From the NCBI RefSeq assembly GCF_039654945.1, contig NW_027361819.1, positions 2,728,001 to 2,792,000 of the forward strand: a stretch of 64,000 nt of DNA, read 5' to 3'. The position numbers were made by a program, and so were the translations under genes. Below the pieces are notes generated by a model. The model saw only the letters and a program-made list of their open reading frames with translations, did not search any database and was not told the DNA's origin. Within the stretch, counting starts at the first letter, position 1. Each line of letters starts with the position of its first letter. This DNA is from Dendrobates tinctorius (Eukaryota). Positions 39,415-52,948 of the stretch are shown one piece after another.

Positions 39415-42400
39415 GGCTACTACCCCCATTGTGTGATATCACTGAGCACAACAACCACCATTGTGTGATATCACTGAGCACAACAACCACCATCGTGTGA
39501 TATCACTGAGCACAACCACCATCGTGTGATATCACTGAGCACTACTACCCCCATCATGTGATATCACTGAGCACTACTACCCCCATCATGTGATATCACT
39601 GAGCACAACAACCACCATCGTGTGATATCACTGAGCACAACAACCACCATCGTGTGACATCACTGAGCACAACAACCACCATCGTGTGATATCACTGAGC
39701 ACTACTACCCCCATCGTGTGACATCACTGAGCACTACTACCCCCATCGTGTGATACCACTGAGCACTACTACCACCATCGTGTGACATCACTGAGCACTA
39801 CTACCACCATCGTGTGACATCACTGAGCACTACTACCACCATCGTGTGACATCACTGAGCACTACTACCCCCATCGTGTGACATCACTGAGCACTACTAC
39901 CACAATCGTGTGACATCACTGAGCACTACTACCCCCATCATGTGAAATCACTGAGCACTACTACCCCCATCGTGTGATATCACTGAGCACAACAACCACC
40001 ATCGTGTGACATCACTGAGTACTACTACCCCCATCGTGTGACATCACTGAGCACTACTACCCCCATCGTGTGACATCACTGAGCACTACTACCCCCATCG
40101 TGTGATATCACTGAGCACAACAACCACCATCATGTGATATCACTGAGCACAACCACCATTGTGTGATATCACTGAGCACTACTACCCCCATCATGTGATA
40201 TCACTGAGCACTACTACCCCCATCATGTGATATCACTGAGCACAACAACCACCATCGTGTGACATCACTGAGCACTACTACCCCATCGTGTGATATCACT
40301 GAGCACAACAACCACCATCGTGTGATATCACTGAGCACTACTACCCCATCGTGTGATATCACTGAGCACTACTACCACCATCGTGTGACATCACTGAGTA
40401 CTACTACCCCCATCGTGTGACATCACTGAGCACTACTACCACCATCGTGTGACATCACTGAGCACTACTACCACCATCGTGTGACATCACTGAGCACTAC
40501 TACCCCCATCGTGTGACATCACTGAGCACTACTACCACAATCGTGTGACATCACTGAGTACTACCACCCCCATCGTGTGACATCACTGAGCACTACTACC
40601 CCCATCGTGTGAAATCACTGAGCACTACTACCCCCATCGTGTGATATCACTGAGCACAACAACCACCATCGTGTGATATCACTGAGCACTACCACCCCCA
40701 TCGTGTGACATCACTGAGTACTACCACCCCCATCGTGTGAAATCACTGAGCACTACTACCCCCATCGTGTGATATCACTGAGCACTACTACCCCCATCGT
40801 GTGATATCACTGAGCACTAGTACCACCATCGTGTGACATCACTGAGCACTACTACCCCCATCGTGTGATATCACTGAGCACAACCACCATCGTGTGACAT
40901 CACTGAGCACTACTACCCCCATCGTGTGATATCACTGAGCACTACTACCACCATCGTGTGACATCACTGAGCACTACTACCACCATCGTGTGACATCACT
41001 GAGCACTACTACCACCATCGTGTGACATCACTGAGCACTACTACCACCATCGTGTGACATTACTGAGCACTACTACCCCCATCATGTGATATCACTGAGC
41101 ACAACAACCACCATCGCGTGACATCACTGAGCACTACTACCACCATCGTGTGATATCACTGAGCACTACTACCACCATCGTGTGACATCACTGAGCACTA
41201 CTACCCCCATCGTGTGATATCACTGGGCACTACTACCCCCATCATGTGATATCACTGAGCACTACTACCTCCATCATGTGATATCACTGAGCACTACTAC
41301 CTCCATCGCGTGACATCACTGAGCACTACTACCCCCAGCGTGTGACATCACTGAGCACTACTACCCCCATCATGTGACATCACTGAGCACTACTACCCCC
41401 AGCGTGTGACATCACTGAGCACTACTACCCCCAGCGTGTGACATCACTGAGCACAACAACCACCATCGCGTGACATCACTGAGCACAACAACCACCATCG
41501 CGTGACATCACTGAGCACTACTACCTCCATCATGTGATATCACTGAGCACTACTACCTCCATCATGTGATATCACTGAGCACAACCACCATTGCGTGACA
41601 TCACTGAGCACTACTACCTCCATCATGTGATATCACTGAGCACTACTACCCCCATCATGTGATATCACTGAGCACAACAACCACCATCGTGACATCACTG
41701 AGCACTACTACCCCCATCGTGTGACATCACTGAGCACTACTACCCCCATCATGTGACATCACTGAGCACTACTACCCCCAGCGTGTGACATCACTGAGCA
41801 CTACTACCCCCAGCGTGTGACATCACTGAGCACAACAACCACCATCGCGTGACATCACTGAGCACAACAACCACCATCGCGTGACATCACTGAGCACTAC
41901 TACCTCCATCATGTGATATCACTGAGCACTACTACCTCCATCATGTGATATCACTGAGCACTACCTCCATCATGTGATATCACTGAGCACTACTACCACC
42001 ATCGCGTGACATCACTGAGCACTACTACCCCCAGCGTGTGATATCACTGAGCACTACTACCACCATCGTGTGATATCACTGAGGACTACTACCCCCATCA
42101 TGTGAAATCACTGAGCACTACTACCCCCATCGTGTGAAATCACTGAGCACTACTACCCCCATCGTGTGAAATCACTGAGGACTACTACCCCATCGTGTGA
42201 TATCACTGAGGACTACTACCCCATCGTGTGATATCACTGAGCACTACTACCCCAATAATGTGATATCACTGAGCACTACTACCACCAGTGTGATATCACT
42301 GAGCACTACTACCACCACCATCGTGTGATATCACTGAGCACAACCACCATCGTGTGACATCACTGAGCACAACCACCATCGCGTGACATCACTGAGCACC

Positions 42401-42545
42401 ACAACCCCCATCGTGTGATATCACTGAGCACCACTACCCCCAACGTGACATATCACTGAGCACTACTACCACCAGCGTGTGACATCACTGAGCACTACTA
42501 CCTCCATCATGTGATATCACTGAGGTCTACCACCATATACACTGA
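39415..42545. repeat. 32-bp minisatellite (CACTACTACCCCCATCGTGTGATATCACTGAG), ~95 copies, just upstream of tbx6
   Basis: 32-bp period (39541, 39573...); ends ~470 bp before the tbx6 ATG. Confidence 0.96.
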
Positions 42546-43016
42546 GCTTCTTCTGTATCTAGTCCTTTCATGCGTGATACTGTATCAGAGCCTTGTCTAT
42601 GTGATATATGACATCCCCATGTATCAGACATGTAGTAAAGGCATCGTCTTCTCTTCCATGTGGTGGGACCTTCTATGGAAGGACAGATCTGCTCATTACA
42701 ACCTTCTTGCTTCTTCCTCCTCCTTCTTTCCCTGAATTCTGCATTTCCTGACAACTGGTCAAACTGAGGCACAGGACGGCCATAAAGACCCTTAATAAAG
42801 TTTAATTCAGTTCTAATGTGTGAAGAGACCTCCTCCTGCTGCCCCCTCTCACCTAGCAGGAGGGTCCCACATCAAAAGGTGCAGGGCGGACTTTAAGGAA
42901 GAGTCAATGTGTTATCTTCACCCCAGTGACTGGCCCCATCATCACAAGGACCTTCTCCTCTTCAGCCTCACTTCTTGTAGGATCTTCATGAAGCTCATAC
43001 TCTGATCTTACACACC

Positions 43017-46000
43017 ATGTATCACACAGACATATTCCAGCAATACGGACCGCCCTATGCTGTGAGACCACCAACCTACCCATCAGCCAGTGGACACCAT
43101 GAACCCTACAGGTACCCAGGTACGTAAGACTATGCTTGGTTGGGTAGATGTTGGAGGCATCTCTTGAGGTTCCTTGTGTCATCATGTCCAGGAGAGATCT
43201 ATAATTGATCATGTGTCCTGCATTTTGTATCATACGTTCATATCGCAGTAGATATCAGGTGAGCTTCTGAAGGGCAAAGGAAAGTCTTTGGACCCCATGA
43301 TACCTCATCTATAGATCTAATGTCAACCTCTATGTTTCATTAGAAGCAAAAATTGTGTTCAGTCCAATTCCTCCTGAATCAGATCACCAGTTTTACAACC
43401 TTGGGATGGAACACATTCCACCCTCTCTAGAAATGCTTTTTGGTCCAACAACTTGTGGCTCTGATACATTTGAATGTTGATCTCCTGACATAAATGGTGG
43501 TTTTGGTGACTCCTAAGCTTCTAATGTGGTTCTGTGCAAGTCCAATTTATTTCTAAGGTTCTGGACTAATGTATCCGAGATTGTGTTTATGTTCGTTACA
43601 AGTTCTGATGTCCTGCTTTTTTTTTTTTTTTCTGTAACTGTGACTTCAGGATAGTATTGAGGTTCTGGAAGTCTAGACTGTTTTGGTCCAGCAGAGTAGA
43701 GGCATTCTGGTCTTCTGGTGATTGTGTAGGTCCAATACAATCATGAATTTCTGAGGTTTCGTGATCTTTGACGGTCCAGCATGACAATGAATGTCTAGTA
43801 TAGTTGTGGTTCTGCTGGCCATGGTTCTGCAAGTCCAGTGCTCTTAGGATTTTATGTGTCCAGTATAGTGATGTTTCTAGAGTCATGGGGCTATGCAGGT
43901 CCAGTCTAGAAATAAGGTTCAAGTTTAATCTCAGATTTATTGGTCCAGCATGGCAATAAGTTTCTCGGTTCTCGTGGGATACAGTATTGTGGTGTTTCTG
44001 GTGGCCTGGTGACTCTGCAAGTTCAGGGTAGCAGTGAGGTTCTGGTGGATCCACAACTTTATGGATCATGTACAATGATGGTGCTGCTGTCCTGGGACTA
44101 TGCAATCTTGATTTGGAGGTTCTAGAGCAGTGTTTCCCAAACTCCAGTCCTCACGGCCCCCAACCTGTCATGTTTTCAGGATTTCCTTAGTATTTCACAG
44201 GTGATGGAAGTATCAACAAGGCATCAGGAATTCTCTCATGTGTAACACTATGGAAATCCTGAAAACGACCTGTTGGGGTCCGCGAGGACTGGAGTTTGGG
44301 AACCACTGTTCTAGAGTTTCCCCAACGACATGTTAGTCCAGTATTTTCCTGGGGTCCAATAGAATGGTGGTTCTATTGGCCTTGGGTCTCTTCCAACCCA
44401 AGGCTATTCTAATACTTTTAGGTTTTTATGGGTCCAGTTTCAGTATAGTTCTGATCATCCTCACTTCCTGAGGTATACTGTACATTCTGAGGTTCTGGCC
44501 ACAAATTCTCCATTAATTGAGGTTTCCAGTATTTGTGTTGCATGTCCTGAGGACATGTCTTGTGGGTGCTGGTATTTATTGAAGATCTGGTCCAAGCTTC
44601 TGTTGATCTGACATTGTCGGTTCCCGTGATATTCTGGACATCTGGTCTACCTTAGATTTATATGGGAACAGGAGGAGCTGTCCCATCTCGTTACCATTAC
44701 CCTCTGCAGGGGTCCAATTAGCAGGACATGGCGGCCATTTAGCACTTACTTGTCAAGCAGAGCAGCTTGTGAGTGACCTGAAGCCACTGAGGCGGATGCA
44801 GCCGGACCACTAGACCTAACACTCTACATTTTCCCCTAAAATACAAAAAGCCCCAGTAACCGGCTCATCCATCTACACCTTTGGCCTGGGACAGCTCATA
44901 GAATCCCACGATTTGCAGTATCACTTCTACGCCGATGACACGCAGATCTACCTATCTGGACCTTACCTCACCTATAGACCAAAATCCCACAATGTCTGTC
45001 TGCTATTTCATCTTTCTTTTCTGCTCGCTTTCTTAAACTGAACATAGACAAAACAGAATTCATCATCTTGCCCCCATCTCACTCTACCCCTCCACCAGAC
45101 CTATCCATCAATGTCAATGGCTGCTTTCTTTCCCCAGTCCCCCACGCTCGGTGCCTTGGGGTGATCCTCGACTCTGCCCTCTCTTTCAAACCACATATCC
45201 AAGCCCTCCCCTCCTCCTGCAGCCTCAAACTCAAAAATATTTCCCGGATCTGCATGTTCTTTGACTATGAAACCACAAAAACACTAGTGCACGCTCTTAT
45301 CTCCCGCCTCGACTACTGCAACCTCCTACTCTCTGGCCTCCCCTCTAGCACCACTCCAGTCCATCCTACGCTCTGCTGCCCGACTAATCCACCTGTCTCC
45401 CTGCTATTCCCCAGCCTCCCCCCTAGGCCAGGCCCTTCACTGGCTTCCTATTACCCAGAGGCTCCAGTTCAAAACCCTAACTATGACATAGAAAGCCATC
45501 CACAACCTGTCTCCCCCCATACATCTGTGACATGGTCTCCGGGGACCAACCCGCACCCAACCTTCGATCATCTCAAGATCTCCTTCTCTACTCCCCCTTA
45601 TCTCTTCTTCCCACAACCGCATACAAGACTTCTCCCGTGCTTCCCCCATACGCTGGCACTCTGCCGCAACACATCAGACTCTCACCAACAACGGAAACCA
45701 TCAAGAAGAACCTGAAGACCCACCTGTTCCGACAAGCCTACAGCCTGCAATGACCCTCGGTCTACTGAACCACCGCAGGACCTGCTCTACCCTCTCCTAC
45801 TGTATCTTCTCCCATCCCTGTAGACTGTGAGCCCTCGCAGGCAGGGTCCCCTCTCCTCCTGTACTTGTGTGTCCCTAGTCTTACACATGTTTATTGTACT
45901 TGTCTATATTTCCCCTTTTTTCATTTGTAAAGCGCCATGGAATAAATGGCGCTATATAAATGCATAATAATCCAGGTCCTTAAACGATAATTCAGCCCTC

Positions 46001-49000
46001 TTGTGAAACAATGTGTCTCCCGAACATTAGTGGACATCCCCAGGACAGGTGTGGGGGATATTACCATTCCGTTACATTTACTGCTTCCTTCCCTACAGAA
46101 CTTGAGATTCCGACCAGTCAGCGATATGACAGCCTCTTTACTGCACTGGATACCTCACAAAGGATTCTTGGAGCTGCCCCCCTCACACCCCTCTCCTTGC
46201 CCCCAGGTCCCGCCCTGGGATTTGGCCAGCCGCAGCCCCCATGTGAGGCACCCCAACTTCCCGGGGATGTAAAGATGACCCTGGAAAACCGAGATCTCTG
46301 GAAAGAGTTCCACACCATAGGAACCGAAATGATCATCACAAAGTCTGGGAGGTGAGGAAAATAGGAAGGGTGGTGCGAACAAGGGATGTGCAAGAGGATC
46401 ATGCCAAAACAAGTCAGGGGGCTTTACTAGGATATCCCAAAAACCCTTTACAGCAGATGGAAGGATTGCACCATCCCCCTCCCCCCCAAAAAAACTCAGT
46501 CTCCTTATCCTCCATGTTTCTTCATCTTGTCCATTGTATCATTCACCGTGTTTCTTTATCCTCTCCTCATCTTCCATCTTGTCTATCTCTTGATATTGTC
46601 CCTGATTTCACCTCATCCTCCATCTAGTCCCTTTCCTCATCCTCCTTCATCTTCTCCTTTTCCTCCATCCAGCTTCTTGTCCTTGATGTTCTTACTTTCC
46701 ATATTCTCCATCATCCTTCAGTCTCTCCTCATCCTCCATCCGATCCCTTTTCTCAGTCTTCTTCTTGTCCTTCTCCACATACTTCATCTTCTCGTTTCTC
46801 ATTAATCTACCTTCATCCTTCCCCTACCCTCAACATCTACCTTCGTCTCCCTCCCCTCATCCACCATCTTGTCCCTCTCTTTGTCCTCACCATCTCCCCA
46901 ATCTTCTTTTATCTTGTCACCCTTTTCTCTCCATCTATTGCCATCTTCCTTCATCTTGTTTTTTAATCATTCTTTCCTTCTCCTGTTCCTCCATCTTGTG
47001 CTACTCATTATCCTTTATCTTGTCCTTCTCCTCATGCTTCATCCTTTTTTTTTTTTATTCTCCATCTACCTTCATCCTCCATCTTATTCCATGCCTCATA
47101 CTCCGTCTTCTTGTCCTTGTCCTCATGCTCCATCTTCCTACATTTCGTCCCTCTTACCCCCGATCTTTTTTCCCCACCCATCTTCTCCTTCACCCCATCC
47201 TCCATTTTTCTTCATCTTTCGTCACTTGTAGGAGGATGTTTCCTCAGTGTAAAGTTAGCATCACCGGCCTTGATCCAGATGGTAAATACGTCCTTCTTGC
47301 TGACATCGTCCCGGTGGACAATTCCCGATACAAGTGGCAGGAAGATCACTGGGAGCCAAGCGGAAGAGCCGAACCGAGGTTACCCGAGAGAGTCTACATC
47401 CACCCCGATTCTCCAGCACCTGGATCCCACTGGATGAAGCAGCCAATCTCCTTCCACAAGATAAAGCTCACCAACAATACACTGGACCAGATGGGTCATG
47501 TGAGTAGAAGACATGGCAGCTGTCGGTGTAGTCTCCAGTATGACCATCACCAGTCCACCCATCATGGGAGGATTACTTTTACAATCTTTTTACCCCACAG
47601 ATTATCCTGCACTCCATGCATCGGTACCAGCCCCGCTTCCATATTGTCCGAGCCCAGGATGTATTTAGCCGCAGATGGGGTGGCTGCTCCTCCTTCACTT
47701 TTCCAGAGACCATGTTCCTGACTGTGACTGCGTACCAGAATGAGAAGGTCGGTAAAAGAAGGGTTATATGCCATAGAGTGCGATCGTCGTCAGGACCTTA
47801 AGTGGGAATCATGATGTAATATCTTATCCCTCGCAGATAACACAGCTGAAGATCCAGACAAATCCGTTTGCAAAAGGTTTCCGAGAGGATGGACTCAAAA
47901 ATAAGAGGTGGGGGGAATATATATGGTGGCGGGAGAGGGTATTTTCAGGTAAAGAGCCATGTATCCATGAGACAGGAGCGATGGACCAGAAACACAAGTC
48001 GAGGCTTATGGCATGTAGACCAGAGATTATGGAGCAATCTTATTGTTTACAGAGCAAAGGTAAAGCGTCGGGTGGTTTTGAGTCCAGTTCACACACTACT
48101 CAACAGTGAGATTGCAAAACCAGGAAGGAAAGTTTGTGAATTGACGGCAATCAGAGGACAGAGACATTACTGATCTGCAAATGATGAAAAATGGAAACTC
48201 TCACAACCTCTGGCCTTCTTCCTTCTGGAATCTGAGCCACGTGTGGAAATCCCAGCATTTCCAGCCTCAGGTGCTATTGCCGAGGTCATTAATTGCATCT
48301 GAGGAAGGTTCTGCTGCTGAATGCACTTAAGGCAAATCATCAAAATCCGCTGCTGGCAGCTCCTGTGTAATCACCGACCAATGACGTGCCAGATGTGCTC
48401 TATGGGAGACAAGTCTGGAGACGCTGCAGCCACGGGAGCAGGATTAGGCCATGCAGGTGGCTCATAGTACGAGGAACATGCAGTTTGAGGTTATGTGGAA
48501 AATGGCACCTGGGACACTTTGATTTGACGGTGGAACCAGTGCCACAGCCATTTCTCCAAGGTAACACAGCTGGTAGTGCATCAGGAGTGAAGATTAGAGG
48601 GGTTCGGCCACAGGAAGTTATGTCACCCCCTCACCATAACCTCGGGAGTAGAACCAGAGTGACGTTCCCTCGTGAAGGACTCTTTATGGTGTTGTCCACT
48701 TGGTCTCCAGCTCTCACTGCATCCAGGACAGAAGCAGGACTCATCGCTGAGGAAAGACTTCTGTGCTGGCCTCCACTGCCATGTTGCTCTGCACCAATGT
48801 GGCCTTTGAGAACGGTGGGACATCTTTGGTTGGCGATTATCCAAGAACTGCCGGCAGCGGATCCGGGTGATGTGCCCAAATGTGTTCAGTTGCAGAACCT
48901 TCCTCAGACGACCATTAATGACCTCAATAGCAGGCGAGGACGGACAGATGTTGTGAAAGTTTTGTTTCCAACATTTACAGATCAGCGATGTCTCTGTCCT

Positions 49001-50243
49001 ATGATTTCCTTTGGTCCACCATTTTTCTTTTGTGTGTTATAATGTCCATGTTGAGGAGGGTAGATGATCTTTTCCTTGCAGGGATCGATCGGTTCGAATA
49101 AAGAGGAAAATGACAACGACAAAGCAGAAGGAGGAGGAGCAGGAGCTGTATCCGCCAGGTAGGTGATCTTGTTTGTGAATTCTCAGGTTACTGCTTCTAG
49201 GTGGCGCTGTTGCTCGGTGAGGCAACATGGCGGTCTGGGTCCATTATTCACTCTTTTATTCCCTCCCTTCCCAGCAGCCGAGTGTAAGAGGCCGCTGTAT
49301 TCAGGACCCTGTGACTCCACCCTGGATATAGGTGGGGGTCTCGCTCTACCGCTCCCCAGTCCAGATTGTTCTTTCCATCCTATTACACCGCCAAACCCAA
49401 CTACACCTTCAACCGATGCAGCAAACCCCTCCCCTCTCACCATCACAGCCAATCAGGAGCAAGCCGACAGCCTGGAGATGGACCCCCAAGCTACTGACAA
49501 CTTCTTACGGTCAGAGAGTGAGGTCTACCCCGAGATGCCACCCGGTCAAGATGGCAACATATACACATGGTGGGTACAGAATGCAAAATAGCCTTTATAA
49601 GCAGTCTGCTGCCGTTTTAGGTTCACAGCTCCGATGCATACTAATACTAGAAGTCATACTCCTTCCCATCCATTTCCTACACTTCATTAATACACATTTG
49701 GCAGGAAGATCAGACGAGACATGGATTTTGTTCACAGTCTGCTACGATGGAGACCTATAGATGGGATTGGGAGCTGTATACACAAAAAACGGCAGACCTT
49801 ATACTTATGGTTTTTTTTTTGCTAAATGCATTTGAACAATTAAAAAACAAAAACTCGTTACCGGAGTTGCGTCAGTCGGTAATACGATCAGTGTCTTCTC
49901 TGTTGACAGCCAAAGTGCACCCCAAGCTTCGGGGGTCAGTCGGACGTCCACCATCCAGCGCTTCATCGCCACGTTCCAAGCCCCTCAGGAAGCCCCTATG
50001 ATTTACGACAGCCAATCAGACTACAGGATTTACGGGCAGGACATGGCCTGTGCAGGGGACTACGGAGCCACCTCCTGCGCCATCCCCCCACCAGGGCGAG
50101 AGGAGGAAGGGGCCATCAGAGGTTACCTGAAGAGCTCTGACCTGCGCTTCCAGCATTTCCTTCCCAACTCAGGAGCTAAACTTGGACTGCAGTTCTCCGG
50201 GCCCCAGATTCAGCGCCTGTACTCTGGGGGCGGATGGATGTGA
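43017..50243 (+). CDS. tbx6: T-box transcription factor TBX6, 8 coding exons, ~515 aa
   Basis: Exons 43017-43119, 46099-46351, 47232-47499, 47601-47747, 47837-47907, 49082-49158, 49275-49569 (tandem acceptor, alt. 49278), 49910-50243; total 1548 nt. [11 protein letters not shown]-terminus, canonical T-box ([15 protein letters not shown]...[17 protein letters not shown]), Tbx6-type GPCDSTL motif; tail-to-tail with ppp4c as in mammals. Confidence 0.95.
44128..44308. mobile_element. 181-bp hAT (Charlie-like) MITE in tbx6 intron
   Basis: TIRs CAGTGTTTCCCAAACTCCAGTCCTC / GAGGACTGGAGTTTGGGAACCACTG with perfect 8-bp duplication TTCTAGAG. Confidence 0.92.
44865..45970 (+). mobile_element. 5'-truncated, frameshifted L2 LINE in tbx6 intron
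   Basis: [11 protein letters not shown] motif, [18 protein letters not shown]; same family and tail as the 26-27 kb copy. Confidence 0.92.
46500..47225 (+). repeat. Pyrimidine-rich low-complexity tract in tbx6 intron
   Basis: ~720 bp dominated by C/T (CATC/CTT motifs), almost no G. Confidence 0.85.
48190..48960 (-). mobile_element. Degenerate Tc1-like remnant in tbx6 intron
   Basis: Minus-strand decayed motifs ([28 protein letters not shown]-like). Confidence 0.65.
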
Positions 50244-50300
50244 TCGGACAACCTACAGAATGCAGACTCCCAAACGACAGGTGGAGAAGGTCTGGTGCGT

Positions 50301-50465
50301 CAGTCACATCCAGAGCTGCATTCACAAGGCTGCTTGGGTGCCTGTTAGCGCTCACTGCTGCCACCTCCTGGTACAGAGTGGTGCATTGTGGAAGATGAAG
50401 CAGCTTCATTTAGTGAATTTATGGTTTGTAGACAGAGCGGTGAATGCAGCTTTGGATGTGATCGG
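50301..50465. mobile_element. Small MITE-like inverted repeat in the tbx6 3' UTR
   Basis: Arms TCACATCCAGAGCTGCATTCAC (~50304-50325) and GTGAATGCAGCTTTGGATGTGA (~50440-50461); no clear target duplication. Confidence 0.65.
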
Positions 50466-50800
50466 AGCACAGGCCACGTGACCTGTAGCTTTTGCCCGTA
50501 ATCTGCTGTATAGAATATATTTTTGATAAACTTTTTGTAGTGGAGAAGTCGCATTTTGTGGCCCCTGAGGCCCCATAATTCACAGCCAAGATCAGAGCTG
50601 GCGCGTTAGAAGATGAGAGTCCGGCAGTCACACAGAAGGGTCTCAGCACTGGGGGGAGGGATGTGACAATAGAGAAGGCTGATAACGGGGAGCAGCCGCC
50701 TCCATTCACCCGTGGGCCCAGGACTGACTTTCCCGCAGGCTCAGCAGTTTCTCTCATATTTTATTTATCAGATTTTTGGATTTAATTTTCTTTGTTTTAC

Positions 50801-50806
50801 ATTAAA
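50801..50806 (+). terminator. Candidate tbx6 poly(A) signal ATTAAA
   Basis: Follows a U-rich stretch and precedes GT-rich sequence, ~560 nt after the stop. Confidence 0.45.
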
Positions 50807-51472
50807 ATGAGATGTTACCCCGTGTGTCATGTTTAATGCAGGAGGTAAACACGATGGCCGCCTCCACGTGAGGGTCCCGGCCGTCAAATCTACTCTAATA
50901 CCCATGAAAAGGGATAATGAAAGGGCCGGGTATGCAGGTTTATAAACGCTGGGAGTCGTAGGCTCCTAGCTCAGATGGTAACATTAAACCCCGCAGTGCT
51001 GCACTCCTTTGGATCCTCCTGGAGCCGCCATCTGTCTCCCCTCTCCTCTCATCCCAGTGTCTAGTTTCACACCCACACATCCTCCCTGTTGGACCCCCAT
51101 TTCACAGGAAGATGTAAACTACCCATCCTCACACCTCTCTGGGACGGTCCCAAACTGGGGAGGGGGATACTGCATGCAACAGATAGAGCCCATAGGTAGT
51201 AGCCATGTAAATGGAGTCTAAGGAGTTAATAGGAGCAATATACAAGTGGAGGAACTATTCTCATGCCAAACCTATGGACCTGGTGTGCCTGACAAACACC
51301 ACTAAAGATCCTGGGTGCTAGAGACACACAGCCTAATAACAAGGTCAGTGCAGGAATCAGTCCCCTACAGATTACATATGGCTCCTACATACAGCCACCG
51401 CTAGCTGGAGGTGTCACCGCCGCGCCACCTACACGGGGAGATCAGGAACCTGGGTGCAACAATTGGAAGATG

Positions 51473-51486
51473 CTGCCACCTAGTGG
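51473..51486 (-). promoter_or_regulatory. CTCF motif (CCACTAGGTGGCAG)
   Basis: Exact match to the CCACNAGGTGGCAG consensus, between tbx6 and ppp4c; binding not shown. Confidence 0.6.
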
Positions 51487-52074
51487 TCAAAAAGGAAAAT
51501 GCCACAGTAAGTCTAGGCAATGGAGACAAGCAGCCACCGAGTCTGCTGCTGATGAGAAGACAGGATTCAGTTCCTCCTGTAATCTACTCGCTCGCCGCGC
51601 TGAGATCCTAGCATTAATCTACAACATGAGAATGTGTTCTGTCATCTCCCAGGATAATGTTCCATTTACACACCAGTTTCCACATATCTGCTTTCTCCAA
51701 AGGGAAGAATTCATACTTAGATAAGAGACCAAAAAAAAAAAAAAAAAAAAAAAAGCAGAATGACCTGTCCCCACTCACACTGCTGAGGGTTTGCTACACT
51801 GTACCCAGTGTAGTCTGTGAGACCAACAGCATTACATGCAGAATGATACAAAGAAAACTTAAAAGGGGCTGTCCACTACTTCACAACCTCCTATACATTT
51901 ATACATGTCCGTAGTGCACAGAATATAACGGGGGGAAAAGTATACCGACCTCTCAGCCCGGCTCTGCCCACCTGCTCCCAACAAGAGCAGAGCAGCGGCC
52001 GGACCGGAGGGGAGAACGGCGAGAACCAGATTACCCAGTGAGACGAGATATTCATCGAAGTCACCGATAATGTT

Positions 52075-52872
52075 ATAATCCAGAGCTGCACTCACTGTGT
52101 ACATACATTACTTATCCTGTATTATACCCCAGAGCTGCACTCACTATTCTGCTGGTGCAGTCACTGTGTACATACATTACTTATCCTGTATTATACCCCA
52201 GAGCTGCACTCACTATTCTGCTGGTGGAGTCACTGTGTACATACATTACTGATCCTGAGTTACTTCCTGTATTATACTCCAGAGCTACACTCACTATTCT
52301 GCTGGTGCAGTCACTGTGTTCATACATTACATTACTGATCCTGAGTTACCTCCTGTATTATACTCCACAGCTGCACTCACTATTCTGCTGGTGCAGTCAC
52401 TGTGTACATACATTACTGATCCTGCGTTACATCCTGTATTAGGCTATGTGCACACGTTGCGGATTCCGCTGCGGGTTTTTCCGTGCGGAAACGAAGGTAA
52501 AACCGCAGGTAAAGTGACCTGCGGTTTCACACCTCTACTATGGTAAAGGTATGAAACCGCTGCGGAATCCGCACAAACAATTGACATGCTGCGGTTTGTA
52601 AACCGCAGCAAAACCACGCAGAAAAATCCACCGTCAGCACAGCGTTTTTGAAACCCCATAGGGTTTCATTGTACTGTACATGGTCAGTGGAACTGCTGCG
52701 TTTCCGCAGGGCCAAAACCGCTGCGGAAACGCAGCAGAATCCGCAACGTGTGCACATAGCCTTATACCCCAGAGCTGCACTCACTATTCTGCTGGTGCAG
52801 TCACTGTGTACATACTACATAATGTAATGCATCTCCACCAGCAGAACAGTGAGTGCAGCTCTGGAGTCACTG
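52075..52872. repeat. Short 86-bp satellite array closed by an inverted partial unit
   Basis: Same unit; inverted segment CACCAGCAGAACAGTGAGTGCAGCTCTGGAG at ~52836-52867. Confidence 0.9.
52442..52761. mobile_element. 320-bp Harbinger-like MITE inserted in satellite
   Basis: Perfect TIR GGCTATGTGCACACGTTGCGGATTC with TTA duplication; the satellite unit resumes in register afterwards. Confidence 0.92.
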
Positions 52873-52942
52873 CACAGCTTCCAGCATACGGTACAGATCA
52901 CAGCAAGCCTTTAGGTTTCCATTTTTTTAATCTTTTTCTTGT

Positions 52943-52948
52943 TTTATT
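52943..52948 (-). terminator. Candidate ppp4c poly(A) signal AATAAA
   Basis: TTTATT on + strand ~900 nt past the ppp4c stop, at the end of a U-rich 3' UTR. Confidence 0.6.

Noticed and set aside
46765-47231. Hydrophobic 'transmembrane' N-terminus fused to the T-box in ORF 46765-47721
   Set aside because: Read-through of a pyrimidine-rich intron; the true exon starts at 47232.
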